Of a DNA stretch of 64,000 nucleotides, positions 60,170-64,000 are shown piece by piece. How positions within the stretch are numbered: position 1 is the stretch's first letter; every line of letters starts with the position of its first letter. Under the pieces are notes generated by a model. That model searched no databases, was not told the origin of the DNA, and saw only the letters and a program-made list of their open reading frames with translations. Source of the DNA: Protoeuglena noctilucae (lineage: Eukaryota); the NCBI GenBank assembly GCA_958009085.1, contig OY253678.1, positions 372,001 to 436,000 of the forward strand, written 5' to 3'. Both the position numbers and the translations under genes were made by a program.

Positions 60170-60871
60170 CCTGGACGCTCCCTGCGCGCGCGCGAGGTGC
60201 GTGGGTCGGTCTTGAACGACAAGGGCGGCTGGCCGACGCGCGCGTCGCTCTGTCCCCGGCATTCGGCGCGACCACGCCGCAAACGGCGGACGCCCGTGTT
60301 GCAGGCAAGGCCCCGCCCGCGCGAGCCGTCGGGCGCCGATGGCGACGCACCGAGCGCGCGCTTGCACCGCACGACACGCATATGCAGCTTCCCACCCTCG
60401 GCGGCGCCGGAACGGGGTTCCAGGAGGTCCCACTCCCACCCCACCTCAGGAAAGGGTCCGCGGGACACCCGGAGCGACGACCTCGACGCGCCACGGCGCG
60501 TTAGGTTTGCGTCAGCAGACCCAATTTACCGACGCGCCCAGGTCGGAAATCGAGGGGCCTGGAGCACCTCCGCTGGAATCCGGGCCTTTGCGTATCGGCG
60601 GGGGCGTTTGACCTCGCACGGATCTCACCACGCAATTCGGAACATCTTCGCCGTGACGACGGGGCCGAAGAGTCGATCCCCTCGCTCGCGGGCGCGCACT
60701 GCGCACTGACAATCCACGTCAGCCAGTTTCGCCCTCCCCGCCCCCTGCCCGCACGCAGTCACGCGTCACTTGCACCGGATAAGATCACGCGCGAGGCTGG
60801 AGGAGGTGCAGCGCCTTTGGAATTCACTCTCCTTCGCTGGGGGAGCCCGGCTGGCGCCAGGAGGCGTTGAT

Positions 60872-63703
60872 ATGGTGGTCCCGGACCGCCAACTGTTCAT
60901 CGATGGGCGCTGGACGCGCCCGGTGCGCAACGGGCGCATGGATGTTATCAATCCGGCCACGGAGCAGGTAGTTGGCACGGTGCCCGCCGCGACAGCCGAG
61001 GACGCGCTGTTCGCCGTGGAGGCGGCCGCGAGAGCGTTCAAGGGGTGGAAGAAGACGACGGGGAAGCAGCGGGCGGCCTATCTGAGGGCCATCGCGACCA
61101 AGGTGGGCCTGTTTGACGGCGGAGCATAGCAGGAGCGATGGATGCAGCGATGGCGGCCTTGAGGGGCGTGGTAGTCATCTGCGTCATCTGTGCAATGTTA
61201 CCGACTGTGCGTCCGCCTCACTTCCCCGAGGAGACGGTGCAGCGGGGCCCACGACTGTCCACACGGCCCCCGCAGCTCCGGGAGCGCAAGACGGCGCTGG
61301 CGAAGCTGGAGACCATCGACTCCGGGAAGCCCATCGACGAGACGGAGTGGGACATGGACGACTGCGCAGGTGCATGGCCCGCATGCTATGACCTGGCGTG
61401 CTGTGCAACATAGCTTGCACCTGCGCCCCGCGCTCACGGCCCCCTCACATGTGGCTGGCGCGTAGCCCTTACACAAGCAACATAGAACCTCGTATGGCTC
61501 GGCACTCGTCCCTCCACCTGCAGCTGTGTACGACTTCTACGCGTCGTTGGCGGAGAAGCTCGATGCTCCGGAGCCGGTGGACGTCGGGATGCCTGACTTC
61601 CAAGCCGAGGTGGTGCAGGAGCCCCTGGGTGTCGTGGCCCTCGTCACGCCATGGAACTACCCTCTCCTCATTGCCTCGTGGAAGGTGGCCCCCGCCCTCG
61701 CGGCTGGCTGCTGCGTGGTGCTCAAGGTGAGCGTGGTTGTAAACACCAACCGAATGCAGTAATGCTACAGTCAGTGGAACACACGACACCACTACTACAA
61801 CCACCACCACCACCACCACGCCAAGTGATAGACCTGCCTTGTTCATGCAGCCGTCCGAGCACGCGTCTGTGACGTGCCTGGAGCTCGCCCAGATCGCCGA
61901 CGACGTCGGGCTCCCGGCGGGGGTTCTGAACGTCATCACAGGCGAGTCGTTGTGTGACTCAGGGGCCGGGGTGGCACCGGGGTGCGCTGCAGGAGAGCAG
62001 CGGTTGGGGCACAGTCACAGGCAGGCCTAGATAGGCACTTGTTGCCTTGGTGGGTTTGTTTCTGATGATATCTGCGAGTTACTGGCACCCACATGCGCCA
62101 GGTGCCCCGGCTCAATTGCAGGGCTGGGGACGACGGTGGGGGCGGCGCTCGTGGGTGCGCCGGGGCTGGCCAAGGTGTCCTTCACGGGGAGCGTGCCCAC
62201 GGGGAGGGCCATCTCGATGACGGTGAGAGAGGGTGCCCACACCTAGTAAGGGCAGGAGCGCTGGGTACCCTGGCCAACGCACTTCCCATGTCAACCCTGC
62301 CAACACAGTGAGATTTTTGCTGTTCAATTGAGTGCCGTTACTGATACTACGACATCGTTTGTGACTGCAGTGCGCCAAGGCGCTGGTGCCTTGCACGATG
62401 GAGTTGGGTGGCAAGAGTGCACTGATCGTGTTTGACGACGCGGACATCGGTGAGTTGCGCTGGCTCATGCGAGACCGGGGGCGGTGGGCTCACCTGGTGG
62501 ATGTATGCGCAGCGCAGGGCAGCGGGTGTGGCATGACACTGACCTATAGCTCGCGTCCATCGCTGCGCAGAGAAGGCGGTGGAGTGGTGCATGTTCGGGT
62601 GTTTCTGGACCAACGGGCAGATCTGCAGCGCCACGTCGCGCCTGCTCGTCCACGAGAGCGTCGCCCCACGGTTCTACCAGCAGCTGAGGAAGCGTGCCGA
62701 GTCCATTCGCGTGGGGGACCCGATGGCCCACGGGACGCGAATGGGGGCGCTCGTCAACAAGCAGCAGCACGCCAAGGTGGGTGGGTGGCGGATTGGAACG
62801 CCTGCGCTGAGCCGCTGGGGTTGAGTGGGGCTAGGGTGCGAGCGGGGCTGGGGTGCGGGAATGCGAGATGAGTCGTGAGGGCGGATTGTCTCTGACCCGG
62901 TGTGCGCCTCGCAGGTCATGCAGCACATCCGGGAGGCTTTGGAAGACGGGGCGACTCTTCTGACGGGCGGCAAGGTGACGAGCAAGACCTGGGTGGCGCG
63001 CAACGCATCGCCCGTGACCGCAGCAGCTTCCCCATGCATGGGACGTGTCGCTGCTGGACCCAACCCATTTGACGCGCTTGCTCGCGACCCCCGCAGCGCC
63101 CCGCGAGCCTGCCCACGGGCTACTTCGTGGAGCCGACCGTGTTCGTGAACGTGAGGCCAGGTCACCGCCTCTGGCGCAACGAGGTGTTCGGCCCCGTGCT
63201 GGCAGCCATGACGTTCCGGTCGGAGGAGGAGGCCGTGAAGCTCGCGAACGACTCGGACTTCGGCCTGGCCGGCGCCGTGTGCAGCGCGGACCTCAACCGC
63301 TGCCGCCGCGTCGTGCGTGCTTTGGACGCGGGGATCACGTGGATCAACTGCTCCCAACCGTGCTTCTGCCAGCTCCCGTGGGGCGGCGTCAAGCTCTCCG
63401 GGTTCGGGCGGGATCTGGGCACCTACGGACTCTCCAGCTACCTCTCGCCCAAGCAGATTGTCACGTACGTCAGGTACGATGGAGTTTCAGGCAGTCCCTG
63501 CCATCGCATGGGATACGTGCTGTGCCCTGTGCCCTCCGCACATGCCAGTGGAGATGCGCATGACTGGTCGCGCGCTGGCGATGGTCAGGCGATGGCTTCT
63601 TGCATCTGCTCCCGCCCCACGCAGCAAGGAGAAGTGGGGTTGGTACCCTCAAGCGCCGGAGAAGGGGGCCAAGGAGACCATGGTGGTGGAGTCCAAGTTG
63701 TGA
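60872..63703 (+). CDS. ALDH10: ALDH10 family aminoaldehyde/betaine-aldehyde dehydrogenase with PTS1 (SKL)
   Basis: [48 protein letters not shown], catalytic [35 protein letters not shown]...ESKL*. Confidence 0.93.
61788..61820. repeat. (CCA/CTA)n microsatellite in an ALDH10 intron
   Basis: caccactactacaaccaccaccaccaccaccacg. Confidence 0.75.
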
Positions 63704-63855
63704 AGTCGATGTTTCGAGCCTGCGTCTGCCATCACATGCTCGTCACACCTTGAGCCAATGAGGCTAATTACGCCTGCCCTCGCTGGGACGCTGGCAGCGG
63801 CTGCTGTCACATGTGTTTTACTAACCGCATGTGAATGCTTCAATTGTTGAAGTCT

Positions 63856-63860
63856 TGTAA
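63856..63860 (+). promoter_or_regulatory. Putative TGTAA polyadenylation signal of ALDH10
   Basis: TGTAA lies about 150 nt downstream of the ALDH10 stop, in AT-richer sequence. TGTAA is the known chlorophyte poly(A) signal. Confidence 0.5.
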
Positions 63861-64000
63861 CACGCTAGGCGCTCCAATGGCATTCCGCATATTGCATTCA
63901 CCCCCACCCCCACCCCCATCCGCCACGACAGCTTCATCGCAGCCCCGCAACGGTCACGACGACTTCTCTCCCGTGGTGTCCACCGCCCCAGCTTTGATGA

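Noticed and set aside
59420..60709. 429-aa ORF on the + strand upstream of ALDH10
   Set aside because: It is antisense to the DGD1 5' exons and promoter region, with low-complexity translation and a non-ATG start.
1..63703. PotD-like gene and ALDH10 as a polyamine gene cluster
   Set aside because: They are about 60 kb apart with many unrelated housekeeping genes between them, so there is no evidence of functional clustering.
1..64000. Introner-like repeated introns, transposons or viral insertions
   Set aside because: By eye the introns share no extended sequence similarity, and no transposase, RT, integrase, capsid, LTR or TIR was recognised. An all-vs-all intron alignment would be needed to exclude this fully.

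Overview
Compact, very GC-rich eukaryotic nuclear DNA with short (~70-200 nt) spliceosomal introns, from a flagellated photosynthetic organism. The axonemal I1-beta dynein, UNC119, DGD1, AP2 and CCT factors and a TGTAA poly(A)-type signal point to a chlorophyte green alga; the species cannot be fixed from sequence alone. About 18 intron-containing genes are supported, in order: PotD/ENF2-like polyamine-binding protein (partial), CCT-domain protein, RIT1, SFT2, dynein heavy chain I1-beta, GH20 hexosaminidase, UNC119, GPN3, an orphan membrane protein, listerin LTN1, eIF2-beta, an AP2-like factor, RRP41, an Aurora-like kinase, a coiled-coil orphan, TMEM208, DGD1 and ALDH10. No rRNA, tRNA, CRISPR or recognisable transposon was found. 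The most notable observations are: (i) about ten GC-AG introns, many with junctions fixed by protein homology; (ii) a 131-bp spacer between GPN3 and an orphan membrane gene that can be read as an intron fusing the two in frame, or as a bicistronic locus; (iii) a bacterial-type GH20 with no evident signal peptide; (iv) a candidate small secreted peptide precursor. I found no unambiguous novel multi-gene system. Gene models were built by hand and family assignments rest on recalled motifs, not database searches.
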